Of a stretch of 64,000 nucleotides of DNA, positions 33,960-44,445 are shown piece by piece. The position numbers were made by a program, and so were the translations under genes. This DNA is from Amphiscolops sp. MND2022 (Eukaryota): NCBI GenBank assembly GCA_964187785.1, contig OZ076409.1, positions 5,272,001-5,336,000 of the forward strand, given 5' to 3'. Position 1 is the stretch's first letter; the number at the start of each line of letters is the position of its first letter. The notes under the pieces were generated by a model, which saw only the letters and a program-made list of their open reading frames with translations, was not told the origin of the DNA and did not search any database.

Positions 33960-35126
33960 ATGGATCTATCAAACTTTGTAACTTATGATAAAAAGGAATC
34001 TCTTTTGCTGAATATTGCTAAATCTAATCAAGAAATTGTTGAAAATACTCATTCGAAACCACAAGAAACTCTAGAATTTAAAATGACTAAACAAAAAGAA
34101 TCTTTTTCATTCGATGTTCCTCTCTAACTAAATGAAAATTGGATGATGGGAGTAACAAGTTTAGAAGTCTATAATACAGTTTATAATATCACTAATAGCA
34201 ATAACAAACTAGAGATTGTTCTGAATGATCAACAACTCAAAGAACTTAACCTTGACAGTGAATTATTAGTGTCTGTCGAAGATTTATATAAGGCCTATTT
34301 TGTTAAACCCTATAAGTATAATGAATTTATAGAAAAGGTTAATAATCTTATAACTAATAGTTATTCTAAAAAGAAGAAACTTACTAGAGTAGATTTTACC
34401 TATTTAACAAAGATAATTGAATCACTTAATCAAATTAATAAAGAACGCCTCAATCAAGAAAGAATATTTCAAGCATACAAAGACCACCTAAAACTTGAAA
34501 AAATAAATTGGGACGAAATAAATTGGGAGGAAATAAATTTGGATGAAATAAACCAAGAAGAAATAAACCAAATAAATCAAATAAATTTACCCCCCTTTGA
34601 AATTATTGAAAACGATTTCTTTGGAATACAACTAACACCAGGAGTTTATGAACTAGTTGATATAAATAATGCAATTAAACAAAAAATTCATGAAAGTGAT
34701 TATGATTTTAAAATTGATATAATACCCGACACAATATCAATGAAATCAGTTTTAACAACCTCAAACTCTATTCATTTTAACTCCAGACTTAACATTCTTT
34801 TGGGATTTACAAACAAGGATTACCCACCCGGAACTCACACTTCAGAGAAACCAGTTATGATAACGACCACCGATAAAGTTCACCTGAAGTGCGACTGCGT
34901 AGATGGTTCAATTGTTAATGGAATTAGAGAACAAATCCTGTTTAGTTTTAATCTTAGTGCTCGTCCGGGATATAAAATTATAAATAATCCGACTACTGTT
35001 TTGTACAAAAAGATAAACAAAACAAGATTAGACCAGATACAATTTTTTCTTGAAGACTCCAACCACAACCCAGTAGATTTCAACAACGAGACACTCACAT
35101 TCACAATTCAAATCATCAAGATTTAA
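33960..35126 (+). pseudogene. Minor capsid protein (penton) with in-frame TAA at 34125
   Basis: TAAATG start at 33960, in frame with 34143. The C-terminus VHLKCDCVDGSIVNG...PGYKI...VDFNNE is typical of Polinton pentons. Confidence 0.82.
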
Positions 35127-35135
35127 TATAAATAA

Positions 35136-35537
35136 ATGAGCTTCAATAAATTTAAAACTAAGTCTTATTGTGTTGGTGGTAAACACTATTCTGCTACAAC
35201 TAATAGTCGAGGAGATATTTCTCAAAATAAAAAAACTGGCATGCCAGTTAAACTCCTACGTGGTGTGTGTGTAACATGTAAAAGAAATAAATCCCTTATA
35301 GTATCTGATCAAACTATTTCAGCCGAGGGATTGGGTGACTTCTTTAAACATATTGGCAAAGCTGCAAAGAATGTTGGAAAGAAAATACTCAATAATCCTG
35401 GTAGAGCACTAGAACTCGCAGCTAATATTGGTACCGCAGCAGCAAGTAAAAATCCACGAATGATAGCTGCAACTGCTCCTGATATTATAAAATTTGTTCA
35501 TCAAGGAAAAGGCTTATATTTGGGAAAAATTCATTAA
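35136..35537 (+). CDS. Small basic virion-type protein: Zn-ribbon-like N-terminus plus amphipathic helix
   Basis: YCVGGKH...CVTCKR; AEGLGDFFKHIGKAAKNVGKKIL; C-terminal GKGL. Confidence 0.75.
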   Translation: MSFNKFKTKSYCVGGKHYSATTNSRGDISQNKKTGMPVKLLRGVCVTCKRNKSLIVSDQTISAEGLGDFFKHIGKAAKNVGKKILNNPGRALELAANIGTAAASKNPRMIAATAPDIIKFVHQGKGLYLGKIH

Positions 35538-35552
35538 ATTTATGGTTAATAA

Positions 35553-36473
35553 ATGTATTCAATACATAATCGTGATGATTTAGAAAAATTAAAAAAATTG
35601 CAAAAAACAAAATCTTCACTCCACAAAGAAAGATTAAAAGAGAAACTTGGGAAGCAAGACTTTCATTACGATATGGAAGAAGTTTTTGAACCCGTTACTG
35701 AAAACCAGAAACAAAACCAAACTAAACAACAAGAACTTTCTGAAAAGCAAATACAAGCGCTACGTGATTCTACTCAAACTACAACACAAGCAATCGAAAA
35801 TCAGGCAAGAGCAATAGAACACAGTAGTGATATTTTAAATAAAAATTTACAAAAATCTATTAAAGATGCTAATTCCAACCAAGTAGACAGTTCAATTGTT
35901 AAAACAGTTTCCAACCTTCTCAATGACAAAAACAAAAGTCAATTTAGTTTAGAACCTGTTTTAGGAAGTTCAAATTTCTTCACAATTAACCACACTGATC
36001 CTCAACTAGTACAAATCAAAGGTTCAACGATGACTTTCCAGAATGGTAACACATATAATTTAAATGATCCGGATCTTTCATCTTTTATAACTAATGCACA
36101 AATAGATAAAAAAATACAAAACGAGAATCTTATTTATAATTTTTTAAAAGATATGAAATATGAACTTAATTATGGAGATAAAAAATCAAAGAGGTATTAT
36201 TTCATTAAACATTTGATTAATCAATACACATATCAACAATCCCAATCGGGAAGTGGATTAAATCAGTATATCTTCCTCCCATCTGACCCAGATGAGCTTG
36301 TAGATCAACTTAAACTAATCGTGTTAGAAAAAGTAGGAGGAAATGATAATCCTATGCTGAGCGAACAAATCATAGCAATTGCTGATAAACTTTTACAATA
36401 CCAATGCATTACAACAAATCAACATCAAAACATTGTTTCAGCTTTTACTAAAAAGGATCAGTTTGTGGATTAA
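35553..36473 (+). CDS. Polinton conserved (probable core) protein, 306 aa
   Basis: Coiled coil, then GSGL followed by LPSDPDELVDQLKLIVLEKVGGN, a motif common in Polinton ORFs. Confidence 0.75.
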   Translation: MYSIHNRDDLEKLKKLQKTKSSLHKERLKEKLGKQDFHYDMEEVFEPVTENQKQNQTKQQELSEKQIQALRDSTQTTTQAIENQARAIEHSSDILNKNLQKSIKDANSNQVDSSIVKTVSNLLNDKNKSQFSLEPVLGSSNFFTINHTDPQLVQIKGSTMTFQNGNTYNLNDPDLSSFITNAQIDKKIQNENLIYNFLKDMKYELNYGDKKSKRYYFIKHLINQYTYQQSQSGSGLNQYIFLPSDPDELVDQLKLIVLEKVGGNDNPMLSEQIIAIADKLLQYQCITTNQHQNIVSAFTKKDQFVD

Positions 36474-37269
36474 AGATTTTATACTCTGGATTAGATTCAT
36501 TGCACAGTTTATACTTACATCCGTTTTTATCTTCTAGCCTGTTTATTAATAAATAGTTGTATTTTTCTTTCCATGCCTCCCTGCACAAACTTTTAAATTC
36601 ATCATAAGACATATCAAAACCTGCAATATCTCTGTATATATTTTCTACATCTTTCAATGTTTGTTGAAATAAAATTATGATATTACTATTATTGCGTATG
36701 GTGCGTTTAGGCAAATCGAAATATGACTGTGATAAATAATAAACATCTAAATCATTATGTCTTCCCCTAGTAAAAAATGGATCTATTAATTTCTGATTCG
36801 AGTCTAACATATCATCAAATACAACACAACAATTTTGAAAATCTTGTATTGTTCTATCTTCTAGATCGTCTTCCACTGAAACGTCTTCTAGTTGTATGTT
36901 CTCGTATTGTTCCGGAGATGTAGTTATGATTTTTATTTGTTGTTCTGGGTTATCCAAGCGAATTAATTGTAATTTGTTTAATAACAAAAAAGTCTTACCA
37001 CAAAATGAAGGACCAACTATTAATGTTCGATTTAATGCATCAGCCTCAATTGTATTATTTGTATCAGTTTTATGAATGTTTTTTATATGCTTTGACAAAT
37101 ATGTTTTATTGAATTCACGGTTACAAAATTCACACCTCATCTTCCTATTAAAACAACTAATACACTTAATATATACATCACCATTTCTATATTTATAGAA
37201 ATCTTCTTCAGATTTAAAAATATTACACCCTTTACAGATTTTTTTATTACCACAATTTAAACTGTTCAT
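36448..37269 (-). CDS. A32/FtsK-like genome packaging ATPase with N-terminal zinc fingers
   Basis: Walker A GPSFCGKT, Walker B VVFDD, FTRGRH..LSQ; C2H2 finger CEFC..HIKNIH. Confidence 0.93.
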   Translation of the reverse strand: MNSLNCGNKKICKGCNIFKSEEDFYKYRNGDVYIKCISCFNRKMRCEFCNREFNKTYLSKHIKNIHKTDTNNTIEADALNRTLIVGPSFCGKTFLLLNKLQLIRLDNPEQQIKIITTSPEQYENIQLEDVSVEDDLEDRTIQDFQNCCVVFDDMLDSNQKLIDPFFTRGRHNDLDVYYLSQSYFDLPKRTIRNNSNIIILFQQTLKDVENIYRDIAGFDMSYDEFKSLCREAWKEKYNYLLINRLEDKNGCKYKLCNESNPEYKIFNPQTDPF

Positions 37270-37299
37270 TTATTTAGTAAAATTCCGTTGTAAAATGAA

Positions 37300-37505
37300 T
37301 CACTAAGACGATTTTTTGTCACTAAGACCCACCTCTTAGTGAATAAGAAACACTAAGAATCACTAAGAGTCACTAAGACCCACCTCTTAGTGAATAAGAA
37401 ACACTAAGAATCACTAAGAGTCACTAAGACCCACCTCTTAGTGAATAAGAAACACTAAGAATCACTAAGAGTCACTAAGAGTCACTAAGACCCAACACTT
37501 AGTGA
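37300..37505. repeat. 51-bp tandem repeat built from CACTAAGA units
   Basis: Units at 37320, 37371 and 37422, plus a variant at ~37483. Each unit contains the hairpin CACTAAGA-CCCACC-TCTTAGTG. Confidence 0.9.
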
Positions 37506-37540
37506 TAAAAATACCACTTTCAACCATTCTAAATTATTAA

Positions 37541-38392
37541 ATGAACCTGAAACAAAAAATAGCTAAAGAAATATTCTCTCCTGTAGTTAAAAAATTTGAC
37601 CGCATCCAAATACAAACTCACTATAAAGATGAGTGTTGGAGTATTGATCTGATAGACCGATCTAGCTTAGCAAAATACAACAAAAACTACAAGTTTATTT
37701 TTACAATAATTGACAATCATACTAAATTTGCATGGGCGATTCCTCTTAAAGATAAATCAGGAAAAAGTACAACGACTGCATTCAAGAAACTAATAGAAAC
37801 TAGTAAAAGAAAACCTGAAAAAGTGTGGTCGGATAGAGGTAAAGAGTTCTATAATAAAACATTTTTGGATTTTCTTAAACAAAATGAAATACAAATTTAT
37901 TCAACTCACTCAGATTTGAAAGCTGTTTTTGTTGAACGTTTCAATAGAACATTATTAGATCTTATCAAAGAACCGATGTATATTGAAGGTAAAGCTTATT
38001 GGTTGAATCATATTAACAGTGCTTTGGATAAGTATAATAATCGTGTGCATACCACAACCCGCATGACACCGTTTGAAGCTAGTAATAAACCAATAGATCC
38101 ACCTACTTTTGTTAATAAACCGAAACAACCCAAATTTCAAGTGGGAGACTATGTAAGAGTTCCTGATAAAAGGAACATTTATTCAAAAGGCTATACAACA
38201 AATTGGAATAGAGAACTTTTTAAAATACAAAAAATTAATCCAACTAACCCCATAACCTATACTTTATAAGACGAAAACAACGAGCAAATAGCAGGAAAAT
38301 ATTATGAACAAGAACTTTTAAGAAGTGTATTCAACTTTGAATCTAATAACAAAACGTTAGAAAGTATGAATATTTTCCATCAGTTTGAGTAA
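37541..38392 (+). pseudogene. Retroviral-type (rve) integrase with in-frame TAA at 38267
   Basis: WSIDLID, WSDRGKEF and VERFNRT form the DDE core. After the stop the frame continues DENNEQIAGKYYEQEL, the usual Polinton integrase tail, to TAA at 38390. Confidence 0.92.
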
Positions 38393-38412
38393 TTATGCTA
38401 AAATAAATAAGA

Positions 38413-39102
38413 ATGTCATTACATAAGTTTGGTTATAGTGCTGAAAGCCTACAAAAAGACAAGATTGAGAATCTTGAAAAAGAATTGGAGTCACAAACCA
38501 AATTATTCAACTTAAAACTTTATGATTTGTCTAATAATTTAGAAAATTTTAATAACCTACAAGAAGTTATATTTGACAACGGTGAAACAAAGGTATTAGT
38601 CAATGCAAAAACGTTTGTAGACATAAACAAAAATATAGAAGATATAAAAATAAATTTGAAATACTTAGAACAAGATATTAAAAATAAATTATTAGAAAAG
38701 AAGAAAGAAATAATTTTGGATGCTGCCAAGTTGGTAGAAGAACAACAAACCATTTTGCGAAATAGTTTCGAGAGAAACCTTATTTCAGAATTGGAAAAAA
38801 GCAAAAACCAAGCAGTCAAGGATGTTATACAACTACTGTATAGCAAAGGATTGTTTGACTCATTTGAAAATAAGGACGAAATATTCCAGTCGTATTTGAC
38901 CTTCTCAAACCAATACTTGCTTGAAAAATACGGAACAGAAATAAAGACATCAGATGGTGTGTATTATTTATCAGACTTGGACTATTCAACGAGAGAAGAT
39001 ATTGTGAAGTGTTTAAAAAAAGATGAATACAAAGATATAGTTGACCTTAAATATAGAATGAAACTAACCACGAGTGAAATCAATTTCATACTTTTTGACT
39101 AA
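38413..39102 (+). CDS. Coiled-coil protein, unknown function (229 aa)
   Basis: Open frame in the tightly packed gene block. Confidence 0.75.
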   Translation: MSLHKFGYSAESLQKDKIENLEKELESQTKLFNLKLYDLSNNLENFNNLQEVIFDNGETKVLVNAKTFVDINKNIEDIKINLKYLEQDIKNKLLEKKKEIILDAAKLVEEQQTILRNSFERNLISELEKSKNQAVKDVIQLLYSKGLFDSFENKDEIFQSYLTFSNQYLLEKYGTEIKTSDGVYYLSDLDYSTREDIVKCLKKDEYKDIVDLKYRMKLTTSEINFILFD

Positions 39103-39106
39103 ATAA

Positions 39107-39643
39107 ATGAATGAAAAATTATACCCCAGTTTGCAACCACAAGTAGATAGTTTAGAGCAACACCTAAACCTACGATTGAAAGAAATAAATAGTTTCAATA
39201 ATTCAATTCAAAATATAAAAGATATTAAAAATTTTTATAATCATGAAGCCAAAAAGTATAAAAAGAAAAGTAAACAATACAAGCTCATAAATTGTTTAAT
39301 ACAATCTGTTGATGGTGTTTCAATACTAGCTGTATCATCAACATGTGTCACTCTCAGCATTACTGGAGTTGGACTGGTTGTTGTCCCCGTTGCTAGTGGT
39401 ATTGGTGCAGGTTTATGTATAATCAGTAAGCTTCTTGGTGAGTACCTGAAAAGAAAAGAACAACACAATCTTAAGAAATATACCCTTGCTGGTAGAACAC
39501 TACATGATTTCTGTAAACTACATTCAAAATGTTTAGAAGACAATAAAATCGATCTGAATGAATATAACAAACTAAAACAATCTTATGATACATACAAAAC
39601 GAACAAAACTAAACTAAATTCTGAGTTTACTTTTTTAGGCTAA
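39107..39643 (+). CDS. Probable membrane-active protein (helical, with a Gly-rich hydrophobic hairpin), 178 aa
   Basis: VSILAVSSTCVTLSITGVGLVVVPVASGIGAGLCIISKLL between charged helices; TAAATG start. Confidence 0.7.
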   Translation: MNEKLYPSLQPQVDSLEQHLNLRLKEINSFNNSIQNIKDIKNFYNHEAKKYKKKSKQYKLINCLIQSVDGVSILAVSSTCVTLSITGVGLVVVPVASGIGAGLCIISKLLGEYLKRKEQHNLKKYTLAGRTLHDFCKLHSKCLEDNKIDLNEYNKLKQSYDTYKTNKTKLNSEFTFLG

Positions 39644-39701
39644 CATTATTTAGTAAAAACAATATCAGTATAAATTTTAAATCATGATTTTTTGTATATA
39701 A

Positions 39702-40931
39702 ATGGAATTATTTTCTTTGAAAAATAAATATGTTCTCGATAATCCAATTCATAAAATTGATTTTATTAAATACTCGCCTAGTAGTTTAGCTACAATCAAC
39801 AACAATAATTCAAATATTTCCATCATTTTCCCAAGAGAAGATGCTTATATTTGTTTACAAATCTCATACATTAGTCTAGAATTTGAAGTTCTTAAAAACG
39901 ATAACACACGCTACGTAGACAACGACCAAATAAGCTTGGTCAACTTTGGGCCTGTTGCTTTATTTAGTGAAGCTAAACTTGTGACATCATCAGGAAAGCA
40001 TCTTGAGAAAGTTGATAACCTACACCCAGTATGTTTAATGTACAAGCTTTTGACTAGCAACCAACAAACAAGTCAATTGATGTACGGATTTGAAGAATCA
40101 GAAAACACCAGGCGATTAGAATTAACAAACCACAAAACAGAAAAAGGAACCTTTTTTGTTAGAATAAAACTAAAAGACTTGTTTGGATTTGCTGATCAAG
40201 AAAAAATAACTTACGGATTGGGTTATTCTCTGACATTAAAACGTAATAATAATAACGACCCTATCATCAGGGACAACGGTGTAGATGCTGCAAAAATAGA
40301 TATAAAAGATATTGCTTGGCACATTCCACACTATGTACCCAGTATGGAAAACCAGCAGCTTGTCCTTAATCAAATATTAGATAAAGACCCAACCGAGTTG
40401 TATTATATAGAACGAACTGTCTTTAGAAAAGATGTTAACACCAATAATAATTGGACATTTGAATTAGTCAACAGTGGAGAATCGACACCAACATACGTGA
40501 TAGTTGGATTTCAAGCTAGAAATAAAATTGATTCACAAACACATAACAACTCAACATTCGATCGACTTTCGGTTAGTAATGCAGTTTGTAAAATAGGATC
40601 AGAAAAATATCCCGATGATGGAATAGAATGTGACTACGACCGCGACAAATACGATCAAGCTTATTATGAAATCGAAAACTTCTATAACTTACATTCTGAA
40701 TCTAATCTACTCAATCCGTTTATCAGTTTGCACGAACTCCGAACGAGTTACAATTTTTATGTATTTGACCTATCTAAGCAAAAACCACCTATAGCATCTC
40801 AACCTATTAGATTAGAATTTAAATTTAGTGCTGCTTTTGGTGTAGCAGATTATGTAGCTTATGCCCTTGTACTAACACCCAAGTTAATAAGTATTAGTAG
40901 TGACGGACAAAGACACTTTGATCTTTTATAA
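39702..40931 (+). CDS. Major capsid protein (double jelly-roll, hexon-like), 409 aa
   Basis: Beta-rich, with motifs IKLKDLFGF, PTYVIVGFQ, IGSEKYP, FYVFDLSKQ and IRLEFKF, and a size typical of Polinton MCPs. Confidence 0.87.
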   Translation: MELFSLKNKYVLDNPIHKIDFIKYSPSSLATINNNNSNISIIFPREDAYICLQISYISLEFEVLKNDNTRYVDNDQISLVNFGPVALFSEAKLVTSSGKHLEKVDNLHPVCLMYKLLTSNQQTSQLMYGFEESENTRRLELTNHKTEKGTFFVRIKLKDLFGFADQEKITYGLGYSLTLKRNNNNDPIIRDNGVDAAKIDIKDIAWHIPHYVPSMENQQLVLNQILDKDPTELYYIERTVFRKDVNTNNNWTFELVNSGESTPTYVIVGFQARNKIDSQTHNNSTFDRLSVSNAVCKIGSEKYPDDGIECDYDRDKYDQAYYEIENFYNLHSESNLLNPFISLHELRTSYNFYVFDLSKQKPPIASQPIRLEFKFSAAFGVADYVAYALVLTPKLISISSDGQRHFDLL

Positions 40932-41022
40932 GTCATCAATTCATCAATATAAAAACATTAGATGAAAACGAATCTGTAATTAAAAAATTGAAAATTTATT
41001 TGAAATAAATAATATATAATAA

Positions 41023-41757
41023 ATGAAGTACATAAATAATAAATTTTACACTGAAGTTAATAATCCAAAGTACATTATCAATGATGGTAAAATTCTGAGA
41101 GAAACATCTCCTCCCAAGTCATTGAAATCTAAATATGAAGTTATGAATGGTGTTAAATTAGATAAAAAATCAAATATAATTGAATTAGATGACGGATCTC
41201 TTCATATTGTAACGAAATAAATCGATGAAGAAGAATTTTTAAATCCTACCATGTGTAGGAGATGTAATAGAAATGCTCTACTAGAATACGAGTATGAATT
41301 CACTTGTTATGTATGTGAATTCAATGTTATAAAAACTAAAAATCAATTGACAAAAGTTCAAAGAAAAAAGAATATCAATTTTAAAGGGAGATTAACATAT
41401 GCAACTCCGAAAATAATTGGTATTTGTATGGAAGTTAATTCATTAGTTCAAACCAATGATATAGACGTTCTCGCAGCTGTCCTGACATATCTTAAAAAGA
41501 AGAGACTAAATATCTTAGAAGAAATCCTAAACAAGTTTGATGACATGCCTGATGATTTCGAAAAAAATGTCTTCGCTGCATCTGAAGGAATTCACAAAGC
41601 TGGAGATTATGCACTTAGGATGATGAAGTGGTTGGTCTCGGCTAGGTATTATGAAAACATTAACTATTATGACTTGATAGCAACTACTTTAAGATATATG
41701 AAGGGGGAACAGCTCTTTGTGAGGAAAGAAGTTTTCTTGTTTATAAATGAGCGATAG
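41023..41757 (+). pseudogene. Unknown Zn-ribbon protein (~244 codons) with in-frame TAA at 41218
   Basis: ORFs 41023 and 41251 share a frame, separated by one stop; only 41023 has TAAATG. Contains CRRC...CYVC. Confidence 0.65.
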
Positions 41758-41920
41758 TGAAGGTGAAACAATTTATCCTGAAAGTGAGGTTTCCGAGGAT
41801 GAATCTCTACATAGTTCAGATGAAGACTTTATCGATGATTCGGAGAGCGAAGATGAAGACTATATCCCCCCAAAACGGAAGCGGAGAAATATAGAAATTA
41901 TTATAAAAATAGAAAAATGA
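41747..41920 (+). CDS. Small acidic protein with NLS-like tail (57 aa)
   Basis: TAAATG start; MSDSEGET...DDSESEDEDYIPPKRKRRNIEIIIKIEK. Not in the ORF track. Confidence 0.65.
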   Translation: MSDSEGETIYPESEVSEDESLHSSDEDFIDDSESEDEDYIPPKRKRRNIEIIIKIEK

Positions 41921-41951
41921 AAAAACAATTGAATAAAAATTTATATAGTAA

Positions 41952-42257
41952 ATGGATGAAACATATCATAGGAAATATTGTGAAGCTTGTGATAAACAAG
42001 TTCACACATCATCGTTTGCAAAGCATCTGAAGTCTAAAATTCATTTACAGAAAAATGTAGGTGTAATCCCACAAAAACCCAGAGTTCTACTAGCAGTGGA
42101 AGAACAACAAGAACCTAGAGTTCTACCAGCAGTGGAAGAACAACAAGAACCTAGAGTTCTACCAGTAGTGGAAGAACAACAACAACCTCGAGCTCGACCT
42201 ATCCCCCCAAAACGGAATCGGAGAAATATAGAAATTATTATAAAAATAGAAAAATAG
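41952..42257 (+). CDS. Chimeric zinc-finger / repeat / NLS ORF (101 aa)
   Basis: N-terminus resembles the pPolB N-terminus, then three 33-bp repeats, then a C-terminus duplicated from the ORF at 41747. Confidence 0.65.
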   Translation: MDETYHRKYCEACDKQVHTSSFAKHLKSKIHLQKNVGVIPQKPRVLLAVEEQQEPRVLPAVEEQQEPRVLPVVEEQQQPRARPIPPKRNRRNIEIIIKIEK

Positions 42258-42289
42258 AAAAAACAATTGAATAAAAATTTATATAGTAA

Positions 42290-43534
42290 ATGAACACAAC
42301 GAATACCAAATATTGTGAAGTGTGTGATAAACACATTCACACAGCATCCTTCTCGAGACATGAGAAATCTAAAATTCATTTACACAATATTGGCGTTGTA
42401 CCGGGAGACCCTATACAACGAAGGGCGCGATCGGTCCCAACACTAAAACAATTAGCGAGAGCTAAAGTCAATCTCTCAGAAAAAGAGTTGGCAAAACATA
42501 TGATAAATCCATACTACTTCTCTAAAAGATATGAACCTCAATATGATGTTAATCTTGATCAACACCACCCCAAACACTTAAATAGTAAGATAACTGTCAA
42601 ACCTAAATATGATCTCCCTATTGAATTGCTCGATCTGAATAATATCTTCAAAGAAATGTCAGCAATATATGCTAGGCTAATTGAGCAATATAAATTCAAA
42701 TATCAAGTTGTCTTCTCAGTTATTTTCGATAAGGAGACTCGAGATGAGTTAGAACAGTATGTTAGTTTGGAGGTCAATCAGAGTTTAACTTGGAATGATA
42801 TTGAAAAGTATGATCTAGAAGGAAAAACAAATGCATTGATTGAAAATCTGGAGATGAAAGATAGTGGTTGGAGATTCTGTAAAATTGCATCGATGACTAT
42901 ATACTTTTATAAAACTGTTGAACTGAATGGTAGCAGTTATGTTAAAATACCTCTTAGAAGCGCTGCTATTTTAAACATTGAAAATAATGATAAGTACTGT
43001 TTTCTATGGAGCATCTTAGCTCACCTTCATCCTTGTGAGAATTCTCACCCTAATAGAGTTTCAAACTATCGAGAATATTTTAGAGAATTGAAAACAGATG
43101 GATTGGAATTCCCTTTTAAAACATCAGATGTTTCTAAATTTGAAAAGATGAATAATCTAGCTATTAATATATTTGAGTTACAGTTCTATCAAGAGGGGGA
43201 AAAGTGGAAACATAAATTGATTCCTATTGAGGTTAGTGAGAACAATTCAGAAACAGTGATTGATTTGGTGATATATAAAAATCACTATGCCCTCATTAAA
43301 AAACTTCATGTATTCTTAGGAAAAAGGGATTCAAAATTTGTTTGTCGTCGATGTCTAAGTTGCTTTACAAATGAAAACGTTTTGGTGAAACATACTGAAA
43401 GATGTAAGCAACAAGATATCACAGCTATCAGAGTTAGCAAGGATAGTCATTTAATGTGGAAGAAGCACTTTCATAAGATCCCACTATATTTCAGGATCTA
43501 TGGTGATTTCGAATGTAATAATAAAAGAGAATAT
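42290..43534 (+). pseudogene. polB: Protein-primed DNA polymerase B, 5' part (Zn finger, terminal-protein/OTU-like region, start of exonuclease)
   Basis: GSSYVKIP..NIENNDKYCFLWSIL..NHYALIK; IYGDFE (ExoI). Interrupted by the BEL element. Confidence 0.9.
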
Positions 43535-44445
43535 TGTAACGGCTGCTTGCCCTTATCCTGCGCTGAGGCTTGACAAACTTTACGCCGCCCTGATCCGTTG
43601 CTTAGTGCTGTGGACCGTCACTAAACAATTCCTGGTTTTCGTGTTTTAAAGGACTGTATCTTTTAGCTGATGGGTCCGATGTGACCCGTAGGAATCTCCA
43701 GCGATTCCTCTTTGCACTGATTTGGATCCGATGTGATCCTGCACACACTTCCCTCACTGTATCTTCACGCGCTCCGGCTCTCGGACTATGAGAGTAGCTA
43801 CTTAGTCGCTCTGACTCTAGCGAAAAGTTGTGAAGATTGAGAAGTTGATTAATTAGTCTCTTGGTCCTAAGACCCAACTTGACTATAGCTATACAGTGGA
43901 GAAAATCTCTATCTAATAATGGTATAAACGTGGTTTACAATTCTACAGTAAATATAAGTTGAAATATGTGGTATAAATAAATGACATTTGAGTGAATTAT
44001 TAAAGTTATTGGCTATGTAAACAAAGCACATGGTGGTTTTTGCATGTTGATTTGGTGGGCTCTAAAGCATGTTTACACAAGGTAAATATCACTAATTCCA
44101 ACAGAGTTACATTCTAATGTGGTCATATGGGTAAATAACAAAGTTTACATTTTTGGTTCAATGACCTTGATAACTACACATGTGAGGGGTAAAGAAGGTT
44201 ATAATGGGTGAATGACCTTGAAACTTAGCCGGTGTGTTCGTGTTAGGTATCTGCGTATGTGTGCCAAGTTTCATGGCTCTATGACTAAGAGACTTTGAGA
44301 AAACCCATTTGGGGGGGGTTTTCCCCATTTGCAATGTGAGGTTTTTCTTCAAATTTTCATCTAAGTTTTTTGGAGTTTAAGTTTTGTTTCTCAACCAGCA
44401 AGTTCTGAATTGAGTTTCTCTGCCTTCTGATGACTGGCGCCAACA
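43535..44445 (-). repeat. BEL 3' LTR
   Basis: TG...CA ends; differs from 49112-50023 by about two substitutions and one G in a G-run, by eye. Confidence 0.95.

Noticed and set aside
37300..37505. CRISPR-like palindromic repeat array
   Set aside because: The intervening sequences are identical rather than unique spacers, and there are no cas genes.
43535..43543. BEL and Gypsy LTR ends share TGTAACGGC, suggesting cross-mobilisation by the Gypsy integrase
   Set aside because: TGTAAC-type ends are common among LTRs, the other BEL end differs, and the TSD lengths differ.
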